Assembly (NCBI GenBank): GCA_016195325.1
Contig: JACPZX010000016.1
Coordinates: 8,703-72,702 of the forward strand
Direction of reading: 5' to 3'
DNA from: Acidobacteriota bacterium
GTDB taxonomy: Bacteria; Acidobacteriota; Polarisedimenticolia; JACPZX01
DNA: 64,000 nucleotides
In this document: one piece after another, positions 9,898 to 18,438 of the stretch
How positions within the stretch are numbered: the first letter of the stretch is position 1
Layout of the letters: every line of letters begins with the position of its first letter
The notes under the pieces: model-generated
Seen by the model: the letters and a program-made list of their open reading frames with translations, nothing else
What the model was told of the DNA's origin: nothing
The model's database searches: none
Made by a program: the position numbers and the translations under genes

Positions 9898-11164
9898 CTT
9901 TCAGCCTCCGAATCCTGCCGAGCCATCCCTCGAGTGTCTGGATCTTCCGCTGCGTGACGCTTCCCTGAGGTGCCAGCCTCTCGCGCAGCTCGCGAATGCG
10001 CACCGCGGCCTCGTGGTTGTGCGGATCGCCGGCGAGCACCGCCTCGTAGACCTCCAGCGCGCGCTCGGGCATCCCCTGCGCGAGGTAAATCTCGGCGAGA
10101 GTCGGCGTCGGAAGCGCCCCCACCGTGGGCTCGTCGTCGTGGGCCACCGGCTCTCCGTCGCGCGCGGCGAGAGGACCGGGCTCTGCGGCGGGCCCGCCGG
10201 CGGCCGCGGGGGCTGCCACGGGCACCGTCAAGCCGTCGAGGGCGCTCTCCAAGGTTTCTGCCGGGTGGGAGGCCGCGGGAACTTCATCAGCGCCGAAGAC
10301 GGGCGCGCGCATCATGACCGTCGCGGCGGAGGCATCGTGCGCCGGCGACGGCGTCGAGGGGGCGTGCGCCTCCATCCCGGCGACGACGTCGGCGGGCGAC
10401 ATGATCGTGGTTCGGACGTCGCGGGGGGCCCGGATTCCGACGGGGGGCGCCATCTCGATGGGCGGCCCCACGACATCTTCCTCGCGTGCTCCCTTCTCCA
10501 CATCCGGCGCCGTCATCATGACCGTGGCGGCGACGGCCTCGCCCGGGATCATCATGACGGTGGAGGCGACGGCCTCGGAGGGTGTCATGATCACCGTGGA
10601 GGCGATTTCGGGGAGTGTCATCATGACGGTGGACGCCACGGGTTCGGGCGGAGCGGGGGTGACGACCTCATCCGCGTCACCGACCTCGGCCGCCTCGGGC
10701 TCCGGCCTCGGAAGCGTCTCCAGCCCAGCCGTCGATTCCGCCGGGGGTCCGCTCTCGAGCTCCTCGATCTGCTTCAGGGCCTCCGCGTCCCCCGGCTGGA
10801 TCGCGAGAAACTGCCTCAGGGCGGCCACCGCGCCGGGACGATCGCCAACTCCGGCGAGGGCGTCGGCCAGGAGGCGCCGCGCGAGGAGGTTGTCGGGGGC
10901 CTGCTTGACGACGCGCTCGAGCTCCGGCCGGGCCTCCGCGAAGAGGCCCATGTCGAAGAGCACCTTCCCGAGCAGGACGCGGGCGGAGTGGTACGCCGGG
11001 TGCCTCTGCAGCCCCTCGCGGCAGAGGCGCGCCGCCTCGTCGAGGTTCTTCAGCGCATGGTGTTCCCGCGCCAGCTCGTAGAAGACCCGCGAGGTCGGAT
11101 CGAGCTTCAGGCGCCGGGCGAGGTGCAGGGCTTTCGGCGATGGCGTGATGGTTTTTTCTGGCAT
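9848..11164 (-). CDS. TPR protein with internal 12-aa tandem repeats and a FimV-C-terminal-like motif
   Basis: N-terminal TPR repeats (YHSARVLLGKVLFDMGLFAEARPELERVV…). A central acidic region carries ~5 copies of xxA(S/A)TVMMTxPE. The C-terminus (PTLAEIYLAQGMPERALEVYEAVLAGDPHNHEAAVRIRELRERL) resembles the FimV C-terminal domain. The start is taken as ATG 11164 (MPEKTITPSPKALHLARRL…); an alternative ATG lies at 11215. Confidence 0.65.
   Translation of the reverse strand: MPEKTITPSPKALHLARRLKLDPTSRVFYELAREHHALKNLDEAARLCREGLQRHPAYHSARVLLGKVLFDMGLFAEARPELERVVKQAPDNLLARRLLADALAGVGDRPGAVAALRQFLAIQPGDAEALKQIEELESGPPAESTAGLETLPRPEPEAAEVGDADEVVTPAPPEPVASTVMMTLPEIASTVIMTPSEAVASTVMMIPGEAVAATVMMTAPDVEKGAREEDVVGPPIEMAPPVGIRAPRDVRTTIMSPADVVAGMEAHAPSTPSPAHDASAATVMMRAPVFGADEVPAASHPAETLESALDGLTVPVAAPAAAGGPAAEPGPLAARDGEPVAHDDEPTVGALPTPTLAEIYLAQGMPERALEVYEAVLAGDPHNHEAAVRIRELRERLAPQGSVTQRKIQTLEGWLGRIRRLKDVQDDAGRSGPTSAGV
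10505..10655. repeat. Imperfect in-frame tandem repeat, ~36-nt period, four to five copies, inside the TPR/FimV-like CDS
   Basis: Visible directly: gtcatcatgaccgtggcggcgacggcctcgcccgggat / catcatgacggtggaggcgacggcctcggagggt / gtcatgatcaccgtggaggcgatttcggggagt / gtcatcatgacggtggacgccacgggttcgggc. A diverged copy sits at ~10311. Confidence 0.7.
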
Positions 11165-11261
11165 GAGTGTCGGGCCGGTGCGCCCGGATCGATCGGGCGC
11201 GGATCGGCGGCCCATGTTATCCGAGAGCGGCGCCCGCCATCAAGAGACGGCGTGCATGCGC

Positions 11262-11312
11262 CCCGAAAAGACAAAAGGCGGCTGGAGAGCCCTCGTCGGG
11301 GCCCGTCCAGCC
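11262..11312 (-). terminator. Putative rho-independent terminator after the lipoprotein gene, ending the pilMNOPQ-lipoprotein transcript
   Basis: Minus-strand stem GGCTGGA…TCCAGCC (7 bp, roughly 19-nt interior with extra pairing) followed by GCCTTTTGTCTTTT. Confidence 0.4.
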
Positions 11313-11340
11313 GCCCGGATGCCGCGGCGCCGTGCCGGCG

Positions 11341-11865
11341 CTATTGATCGACGAAGTTGACCGAGAAGCCCGCGAACGGGGTTTCCGCCGGATTTCCGGC
11401 GAGATCCTGTCCCTTGAACCGGACGAAGCACTGCCACGAATCGCCGACCGCCGCGCCGGTGGCGATCTTCTCGGCGACCGTGACCGCGGTCGTCGTGATG
11501 TCGGCCGAGCCGTTGACCGGGATGGTGAATCCCCCGGGGCCCGTCGCGCGGGCCACGGTGTTGCCGGCGAAGGTGCAGACGCGCTCGGACGACGTGACGG
11601 CGATGTCGCTGAAATTGCCGGTGGTCGTCGTGCGGGCCAGATTCTTCACCGTGACCGACGTCGAGTCGTCGTGGAGGGGCGTCGGGAGGCCCGTGTTCGG
11701 GTCCGTCGGCGTGATGTCCGACAGGACGAGCGCCGGGTTCACCTTCTCGATGGTGAGCAGGCCTTGACCCTGCGTCGGGTCGTCCAGGTTCTTGTTGCAG
11801 CCCGGGAGCAGGAGCCCCGAGACCGCCACGAGGACCAGGAGAAGGACTTTCACTTCGCTTCGCAT
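11341..11865 (-). CDS. Small lipoprotein of unknown function encoded directly downstream of pilQ
   Basis: ATG at 11865 is preceded by a strong SD (GAGGAGGG, 5-nt spacer). The signal peptide ends in a lipobox (LLLPG-C). The mature protein is ~150 aa, Thr/Gly/Ala-rich with a beta-strand pattern and two Cys residues. Only a 10-nt gap separates it from pilQ. Confidence 0.7.
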   Translation of the reverse strand: MRSEVKVLLLVLVAVSGLLLPGCNKNLDDPTQGQGLLTIEKVNPALVLSDITPTDPNTGLPTPLHDDSTSVTVKNLARTTTTGNFSDIAVTSSERVCTFAGNTVARATGPGGFTIPVNGSADITTTAVTVAEKIATGAAVGDSWQCFVRFKGQDLAGNPAETPFAGFSVNFVDQ

Positions 11866-11875
11866 CGAGCCCTCC

Positions 11876-14509
11876 TCAAACATTCGTCACGATCTTGGGC
11901 GTCAGGAAGACGATCAGCTCCGAGGAATCCTTCTTGAAGTCCTTGTTCTTGAACAGCCAGCCGAAGAAGGGGATTCGATGGAGCCCCGGGATGCCGGTCT
12001 CGGTGTCGGTCTCCTGGAGTTTATAGACCCCGCCGATGACGGCCGTCGTCCCGGTGCGGACGAGAATCTGCGTGTCGACGCGCTCGGTCACGATGCCCGG
12101 CGTGCCGCCGACGCTGACGGTCGAGCTCGGCTGGTTGTTCTCGACGAGGACCTTCATGATGACCGTCTGCTCGGCCGTGATCTGCGGCGTGACGATGAGC
12201 CGCAACGAGGCCGGCACGTACTGGACCTCGATCTGGGTGGCCGTCGTGGTGACGACCGGGATCTGCACGCCCTGCTCGATCGTCGCCGGCTGGTTGTTCT
12301 GGGTGACGACCTTCGGGGCGGACAGGATCCGGACCTTGCCGTCGGACTCGAACGCGTCCAGCGTGACGTCGAGGGTCACGCTGTCGAGGACGTTGCCGAG
12401 GGCCAGGCCGACCGTTCCGGCGTTCTTCGACGATGCCAGGTTGACGTCGGCGTTGAAGTCCGCCCGGTGCGGGAACTGCAGATTGGTCTGCGTCCCGTGC
12501 GCCGGGTCGGCCAGGGCCTTGAAGCCCCAGTCGATGCCGAGGCTGCGCTCGAACGACCGGATCGCCTCGACGATGCGCGCCTCGATCTGGACCTGCGGCG
12601 TCTGGGTGTCGAGGGCGTTGAGCAGGTTGTCGTACGCAGGGCGCTTGTCCGGGATGTCGCTGATGATGATCGTGTTCGTCCGGGCGTCCGCGATGATCTT
12701 GCCTCGCTCGGACCGGACCTGCTGCATGACGGCCATCGCCTCCTGCACCTTGGCATAGCTGAGCTTGCGGGTGAAGGTGACGGGGTCGACTTCCTGCTCC
12801 TGCGCCTGCTTGAGGGCGCGGCGCTCTCCGGCCTCGGCGCGCAGCTTCTGCGTGCGCGCGATGCGGACGACGCTGTCCTCCTCGACCGCGTCGAGACCCT
12901 GGTTCTTCAGGATCACCTGGAAGGCCTGGTCCCACGGGACCTGCGTCAGCCGGATGTCGATCTTGCCGGAGACGTCCGGGTCGAGGACGACGTTCATCTT
13001 CATCACGTCGGAGAAGAAGAAGAACACCTCGCGCAGATCGGCGTCGCGGAACGTGACCGAGATCTTCTCGCCCCGGTAGTGGCGCTTGTCGCCGGCGATC
13101 GTCTGGCTCTGGAAGCTGACCCCCGCGGGAAGCGAGGAGGTCGATTCCTCTTTGGAGGACGCCGCGGGGTCGGAGCGGTCGAAGAGAACGATGTCCTTGG
13201 CCACATCCTTCGCGCTCGTCGGCACGAGGCGGGGCTGGAGCTCCGTCGGGTCGGCCGCGGGCGCCGCCGCGACGGTCTGAGCCGGCTTTGGCTCGACGGC
13301 CGCAGGGGCTGAGGCTCCCGCGGGCTCCGCGAAGGAGACCGTCGGGGTCACCCTCCCGTCGGCGCGACGCGCGGCGGTCACGGGCGCGGCGGCCGGCGGC
13401 GTGGGGATCGCCTTCGGCACGATCGCCGCCACCGTCGGGACGGTGGTCGCGGCGCTCTGCTGCATCGCCTCGGCGCCGAGGAGAACCCTGATGCCGTCGG
13501 GATCGGTGACCACCTGGTGCTCGATCGGATGCGTGAGGTCGAAGACGATGCGGACGACCTTCTCGGGGTGCGTCTTGAACTGGGCGACCCTCACCCGCTG
13601 CAGGGGCTCTGCCGAGACGGGGTAGCTCTTCTCGGGGACCCTGTTCGTGACGCCGAGGAGGTCGACGACGAGGCGATCCGGGTTCTTCAGGATGAACTCG
13701 TTGTGACGGAAGGAGCCGTCGCCCACGATCGTGACGCTTCCCTTGGTTCGGGAGCCGTCCACGACGAGCCCGGTCACGACGCTCGCGTCGTCGCGGCGCG
13801 GGGCGGGCGGGGCGGGGATTTCCGCGGGCGCGCTCACCGCCACGGGCACCTGGATCGCCGCATCGGCCGGAGCCGCCACGGTGGCCGGCGCGGGCGTCGC
13901 CGCGAGGGCTGGCGCGGGCATCGCCGCGAGTGCCGGCGAGGGCCCGGAAGCCATCGCCGCGGCCGCGTCCGGAACGACGCTGGCCTGCCCCTCGACCGGC
14001 GTCAGGTAGACCGCCAGCCCGGAGCCCTCCGGGACCACCTTCGCCTCCATCGCCGATGGCCCGCTGAACTCGATGCGCGCGTGCGAGGATCCGTGATGCG
14101 AGGGAAGACCCGAGATCCTGATCGGGTTGAACCCTTCGCCGGCCATCGAGACGTCCGCCGGCAGCTTCGAGAGATCGACGTTCGGGATCTCGAGGATGAA
14201 GGCGTTCGGCTCGGGCTGGTATGACGTGTAATTGACCGGCGCTGACGCCGCGATCTCGACCTTGACGCTGCCCGCGGGCTCCGTCGCCGGGACGACGCGG
14301 ATTCCCGTGAGCGCGGTCACGTCGGAGACCGGCAGCGTGGCGGCCGAGTCGGACGCTCCGCGCGCGGCCTCCGCTCCGGGGGTCTGTTCCCCGCGGACTG
14401 AGGCCTGATCGGGCCCCGACTCCACCGGAACGCTCGCCCTTCCGGACGCGCCGCATCCTGCGGCCGTCGCGACGAGCAGGCAAAGCCCGAGGCTCTTAGG
14501 CCAGGTCAT
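11876..14509 (-). CDS. pilQ: Type IV pilus secretin PilQ with N-terminal AMIN domains
   Basis: 877 aa with a lipoprotein-type signal (LLVATAAGC), repeated AMIN-like beta domains, a long Ala/Pro linker, secretin N-domains and the C-terminal secretin domain (…GGVYKLQETDTETGIPGLHRIPFFGWLFKNK…ELIVFLTPKIV). Confidence 0.93.
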   Translation of the reverse strand: MTWPKSLGLCLLVATAAGCGASGRASVPVESGPDQASVRGEQTPGAEAARGASDSAATLPVSDVTALTGIRVVPATEPAGSVKVEIAASAPVNYTSYQPEPNAFILEIPNVDLSKLPADVSMAGEGFNPIRISGLPSHHGSSHARIEFSGPSAMEAKVVPEGSGLAVYLTPVEGQASVVPDAAAAMASGPSPALAAMPAPALAATPAPATVAAPADAAIQVPVAVSAPAEIPAPPAPRRDDASVVTGLVVDGSRTKGSVTIVGDGSFRHNEFILKNPDRLVVDLLGVTNRVPEKSYPVSAEPLQRVRVAQFKTHPEKVVRIVFDLTHPIEHQVVTDPDGIRVLLGAEAMQQSAATTVPTVAAIVPKAIPTPPAAAPVTAARRADGRVTPTVSFAEPAGASAPAAVEPKPAQTVAAAPAADPTELQPRLVPTSAKDVAKDIVLFDRSDPAASSKEESTSSLPAGVSFQSQTIAGDKRHYRGEKISVTFRDADLREVFFFFSDVMKMNVVLDPDVSGKIDIRLTQVPWDQAFQVILKNQGLDAVEEDSVVRIARTQKLRAEAGERRALKQAQEQEVDPVTFTRKLSYAKVQEAMAVMQQVRSERGKIIADARTNTIIISDIPDKRPAYDNLLNALDTQTPQVQIEARIVEAIRSFERSLGIDWGFKALADPAHGTQTNLQFPHRADFNADVNLASSKNAGTVGLALGNVLDSVTLDVTLDAFESDGKVRILSAPKVVTQNNQPATIEQGVQIPVVTTTATQIEVQYVPASLRLIVTPQITAEQTVIMKVLVENNQPSSTVSVGGTPGIVTERVDTQILVRTGTTAVIGGVYKLQETDTETGIPGLHRIPFFGWLFKNKDFKKDSSELIVFLTPKIVTNV

Positions 14510-15135
14510 ACGCCGCCCTCCCTCGTCAGATTCAACTTCTTCTCTATGTCGCGGTAGGGTTTGATCCGCGTCGGGTCGTTGATTTTCTGTCGAAACACCA
14601 CAGTTCCCGTGGGCGCATCCACTCTCAGGACCTCCCCGTCGTACAGCTTGTCACCCGCTTTGAGGCTGGCGCCGTAACCTTCCGGTCCGACGACGAGAGC
14701 CACGCCGCCGGATCGTCTCGAGAGCACGCCCACGAGATTGACCTCGGTGATCAGCCAGCACTCCATCCCCTCGCCCTCGCACTTGCCGACATCCTCGAGC
14801 TTGTTGGCCTCCGCGGGGGAGATGAACGGATCGCGCCGATCTCCCGGGTCGTACGTCAACCCCTTGCCGCTGGCCGAAGCCTCCTCCTGCTTGTGGACGT
14901 CCTCGAGAACCTTGTTCTCCCCGGCGGCCGGTGCCGGCGCCGATGACGCGGCCCCGCCCGATGCCGGGGGAGCCGATGCGGCGGCCGATGCGGCGGCCGC
15001 CTGCCGCGCCCTGGCCGGTCCGCGCCCCTGCGGCGTATTGTTCTCGTCGGGCACCCTGGCCCACAGAGCGCTTGCGGCGCAGGCCGCCACCAGGAGGGCC
15101 GACGCGCTGATGAGCTTCGTCACGCGCATGGTCAT
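14506..15135 (-). CDS. pilP: Type IV pilus lipoprotein PilP
   Basis: 209 aa with a signal/lipobox (LLVAAC), a Pro/Ala-rich linker and a C-terminal beta-domain. Its position between pilO and pilQ and the ATGA overlap with pilQ fit PilP. Confidence 0.8.
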   Translation of the reverse strand: MTMRVTKLISASALLVAACAASALWARVPDENNTPQGRGPARARQAAAASAAASAPPASGGAASSAPAPAAGENKVLEDVHKQEEASASGKGLTYDPGDRRDPFISPAEANKLEDVGKCEGEGMECWLITEVNLVGVLSRRSGGVALVVGPEGYGASLKAGDKLYDGEVLRVDAPTGTVVFRQKINDPTRIKPYRDIEKKLNLTREGGV

Positions 15136-15695
15136 CCTTCCTTTTCGGTGTAGACGAACGTCAGTGCCGAGAACGAGCTGACGATAGACCGCGATCGGGC
15201 GTCGGCCCCGGAGTTCTTCGTGATGCTGACGTTGCGCACGTTGATGATGCGATCGTGCTTGCCGATCACGTCGTAGAAACGGCCGAGGTCGTGGTAGTTG
15301 CCCACGACGTTCATCGAGTACGTGTATTCCTTGTAGAACTCGCCCTGCTTGATGCTGGCCTCGGAAAGCGACTTGATGCCCAGGTTAAACCGGCTGGCCT
15401 GGCTCTCGAGCCACTTGATGATGATGCCGGCCTCGGGCTCCGTCGGGAGAATCCGTCGCAGGCTGGCGAGCTCGATGTCCTTCTGGGCGATGAGCTTCTC
15501 GAGCTCCGCGCGCCGCCTCGCGGCCTCGCGCCCCTTGGCGATCTCGGCCTGGAGCCGATCGTGCTCCTGCTGCTTGCCGTCGATGTCGGACTGCTCCTGC
15601 GAGAAGTTCGGGTACGACTTCCACGCGCCGAACGCGAGCAGGCCGCAGACCCCGACCACGATCGCGACCCGCGCCCATACCGGCATCTTGTCCAT
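15132..15695 (-). CDS. pilO: Type IV pilus inner-membrane protein PilO
   Basis: 187 aa with a single N-terminal TM helix and a coiled coil, placed between pilN and pilP. Confidence 0.8.
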   Translation of the reverse strand: MDKMPVWARVAIVVGVCGLLAFGAWKSYPNFSQEQSDIDGKQQEHDRLQAEIAKGREAARRRAELEKLIAQKDIELASLRRILPTEPEAGIIIKWLESQASRFNLGIKSLSEASIKQGEFYKEYTYSMNVVGNYHDLGRFYDVIGKHDRIINVRNVSITKNSGADARSRSIVSSFSALTFVYTEKEG

Positions 15696-15722
15696 CGTAA
15701 AGTCCTCCAGCCCCGGGGCGCG

Positions 15723-16337
15723 TTAGTGCGCGCCCTCGGCAGGCGCCGGGGCCGCGGGCGCCGCGGCGGGCTTGGGATTCGGCACGAACCTCGCCGCCAG
15801 GGAGAAAGCGACGCCCTCGGCGCCGTCGTCGCGGTAGCTGATGCGGCCGACGTCCGAGAAATAGGGCGAAGCGTCCAGATTGTTGTAGAAGTTCGCGTAG
15901 GCCGTGGGCGTCGTCGCCTTGCCGCTGAAGGTCAGGGCGCCGCCATTCTCGTTCATCGCGGTCAGCCAGAGGAAGTCGGGGAGATTGCGGCTGATCTCGT
16001 CGAGAAGCCTGACCGGAACCTGCTGCTCGTTCTTCAGCTTGGTGATCAGGTCGATCTGGTGCTCGACCCTCTGCTTCTTCTTCTCGAGCTCGTCGGCGAC
16101 GCGGCGATCTTCCTCGACCTTCTTCATCGCGACGTGATCGTCCTCGAGCTTGCGGTCGAGATCGTCGATCTGCCCCTTGAGGTCGAGCTGCTTCCAGACA
16201 AGAAAGCTCAAGGTCCCGATGATGAGGACGGCGAAGAGCACGTTCTGAAGGGTCCCCGCCCCCTCGAGGTTGACGGTCGGCGCCTTTCTTCCTGCGGTCT
16301 CCTTGCGGGCGACGGCCAGAAGATTGACTTTGATCAT
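15723..16337 (-). CDS. pilN: Type IV pilus inner-membrane protein PilN
   Basis: Starts MIKVNLLAV…, followed by a TM helix and a coiled coil. ATGA overlap with the pilM stop (16334-16337). Confidence 0.8.
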   Translation of the reverse strand: MIKVNLLAVARKETAGRKAPTVNLEGAGTLQNVLFAVLIIGTLSFLVWKQLDLKGQIDDLDRKLEDDHVAMKKVEEDRRVADELEKKKQRVEHQIDLITKLKNEQQVPVRLLDEISRNLPDFLWLTAMNENGGALTFSGKATTPTAYANFYNNLDASPYFSDVGRISYRDDGAEGVAFSLAARFVPNPKPAAAPAAPAPAEGAH

Positions 16338-17401
16338 CGGTCGCCCACCTTCCTCAGCGCCAGGCCCACCGCGACGCTCGCGCACGAGGCGAGCGGCTCG
16401 AGACGGTCGGCGGGGAACTGTCGGTCGTTGACCGCCACTTTCTTGAAGGGATCCAGCATCTCGACGTGCGTTTCGAACCGCTGGCCGAGGTAGGCCGCGA
16501 GGTTCGGCGTGCGGGAGCCCCCGCCCGAGAGGACCATGAGAGAGACCGGGTCCGACGAGGAGGTCGCCTTGAAGAAGTCGAGCGTTTTCTGGATCTCGGT
16601 GCCGACCTGCTCACCGACCGCCTGGAGGACCGAGGCCACCCGCTCCGGGTTCGCCCCCTCGACCTCCTGCCCCTTCTTGAGGAGCTCGGCCTGATCGAAC
16701 GGCACGTTGAGGTCTTTCTGAATCGCCTCGGTGAAGAGGTTTCCGCCGATCGAGATGTCGCGCCAGAAGATCGAGGAACCGGACTGGAGGATGGCGATGT
16801 TCGTCACCGCCGCCCCGATGTTGATGAGCCCGACGACCTTGTCCGAGGGAACGTCGTAGTTCACCTCGTAGGCGTTCTGGAGCGCGAAGACGTCGACGTC
16901 CACGACCTGCGCCGACTTTCCGGCGTTGGCGAGAACCGTCGTGTAGTCGTTGATCTTGTCTTTCTTCACGGCGACGAGGAGGACGTCCATGTTCCCTTCG
17001 CCGGAGAGGCTGGGCCCCTCGAGGACCTGGTAGTCGATGTTCACGTCGTCGACGTCGAAGGGGATGTACTGCTCCGCCTCCCACTGGATCGACTCTCCCA
17101 GCTCCTCCTGCGTCATCTGGGGAAGGCTGATCTTCTTGATGATCACCGAGTGGCCCGAAAGCGAGATGGCGACCTCCTGGGACTTGATCCGGCTCGTCGT
17201 GAAGAGACGTTGGATCGTCTCCGCGACGAGCCCGGAGTCCATGATCGCGCCATCCACGATGGCTTCCGGCGACAGGGGCTCGATCCCGATGTTCAGAAGC
17301 TGGTACCCGCGCCCCTTGCCGAGATCTTTGAGCTCGACGGCCTTGACGGAACTGGACCCAATGTCGAGACCGACCAGGTTCTTGGTTCGCCCGAAGAGCA
17401 C
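16334..17401 (-). CDS. pilM: Type IV pilus actin-like ATPase-fold protein PilM
   Basis: 355 aa beginning LFGRTKNLVGLDIGSSSVKAVEL… with an FtsA/actin fold. GTG start with a GGAGAG SD upstream. Confidence 0.9.
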   Translation of the reverse strand: MLFGRTKNLVGLDIGSSSVKAVELKDLGKGRGYQLLNIGIEPLSPEAIVDGAIMDSGLVAETIQRLFTTSRIKSQEVAISLSGHSVIIKKISLPQMTQEELGESIQWEAEQYIPFDVDDVNIDYQVLEGPSLSGEGNMDVLLVAVKKDKINDYTTVLANAGKSAQVVDVDVFALQNAYEVNYDVPSDKVVGLINIGAAVTNIAILQSGSSIFWRDISIGGNLFTEAIQKDLNVPFDQAELLKKGQEVEGANPERVASVLQAVGEQVGTEIQKTLDFFKATSSSDPVSLMVLSGGGSRTPNLAAYLGQRFETHVEMLDPFKKVAVNDRQFPADRLEPLASCASVAVGLALRKVGDR

Positions 17402-17404
17402 CCC

Positions 17405-17470
17405 GTCTCTCCTATCCGTCAGATGTCAACGACTTAAACCAGCACCCAAAACGGCGTGTCAAGTTACCGT
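17405..17470 (-). promoter_or_regulatory. Candidate sigma70-like promoter for pilM (TTGACA-N18-TTTAAG on the minus strand)
   Basis: The reverse complement of 17415-17465 reads TTGACAcgccgttttgggtgctggTTTAAG, about 15 nt upstream of the pilM SD. The -35 element overlaps a motif (GTGTCaaGTTACCGTGA) that recurs at 17772-17791. Confidence 0.3.
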
Positions 17471-17842
17471 GACGCTTTTCGCCTTGTCAAGACAAAAGAA
17501 TGCGAGACAAAACAAAAGAGCGTGGGCATAGGCGCTTGGGCTGCAATCAACAGTCGTCGCCTCCCGCCGTGCCCGAAACGATCCGGTCGGTTCGTCAAGA
17601 CCTCCGCGGGGCGACTGGTTCGCGCGTGAGCTATGTTCCGGTTCTTCCGTTTCGGCGCAGCGGCAATATTATGCCGCTCTCCGTCACAAGCAAGCACTTC
17701 CGAGCGGCGGCCCCGAATCGGAACCTCTGAAGCCTCCCCGCCCCATCATTTTCATTTGATCCGCCGGGGGTGTCGTGTTACCGTGAGGCTCCCCTTCACG
17801 AACGGCCGCTGACGGCCCGACGAGTTCCGGAGTGACGAAAGC

Positions 17843-18037
17843 ATGGCGAGACGCTGCGAGTTCTGCGGCAAGGGTCCGCAGTTCGGTCACAACATCAGTC
17901 ACGCGCACAACCTGACCAGGGCCGTCTGGTATCCGAACCTCCAGCGGGTGCGAGCCCGGTTCGGCAAGGCGGTTCGGCGCGTCAAGATCTGCACCCGCTG
18001 CCTCCGGACCGGCCGCGTCCAGAAGGCCGTCTCCTAG
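17843..18037 (+). CDS. rpmB: 50S ribosomal protein L28
   Basis: 64 aa, [37 protein letters not shown]…, with conserved L28 residues throughout. Confidence 0.9.
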   Translation: MARRCEFCGKGPQFGHNISHAHNLTRAVWYPNLQRVRARFGKAVRRVKICTRCLRTGRVQKAVS

Positions 18038-18039
18038 AT

Positions 18040-18429
18040 CTATCTCCCCTTCAGCGCGATCATCTCTATCTCGACGAGGGCCCCCTTCGGGAGCCCTGAC
18101 ACCTCGACGGTGGCCCGCGCGGGGGGGTCCCCCCTGAACGCCGCGCCATAGACCCGGTTCACCGCCTCGAAATCCTGGAGGCTCTTGAGGAAGATCGTCG
18201 CCTTCACCGCCCGATCGATGGAGGTGCCGGCGGCGTCGAGAATCGCGGCGAGGTTCTTCATCACCCTCTCCGTCTGTGCCGCCGCGTCCCCGCTCACGAA
18301 CGTCATGGTGGCCGGGTCGAGCGGGATCTGGCCGCTCACGAACACGAAATCGCCGGCCTCGATGGCCTGCGAGTACGGCCCGATGGCCGCCGGCCCCCTG
18401 TCCGTGACGATTCTCCTGCGCTCCATCAT
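18040..18429 (-). CDS. ridA: RidA/YjgF family reactive-enamine deaminase
   Basis: 129 aa, …AIGPYSQAIEAGDFVFVSGQIPLDP…ATIFLKSLQDFEAVNRVY…ARATVEVSGLPKGALVEIE. Confidence 0.85.
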   Translation of the reverse strand: MMERRRIVTDRGPAAIGPYSQAIEAGDFVFVSGQIPLDPATMTFVSGDAAAQTERVMKNLAAILDAAGTSIDRAVKATIFLKSLQDFEAVNRVYGAAFRGDPPARATVEVSGLPKGALVEIEMIALKGR

Positions 18430-18438
18430 CCTCTCTCC

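Noticed and set aside
9611-14483. ORFs 9611-11347 (+, 578 aa), 12021-14483 (-, 820 aa) and 11792-13312 (+, 506 aa)
   Set aside because: Alternative-frame or antisense to the TPR/FimV-like gene and pilQ. The 820-aa frame is pilQ offset by one base and encodes Arg/Gly/Asp-rich nonsense.
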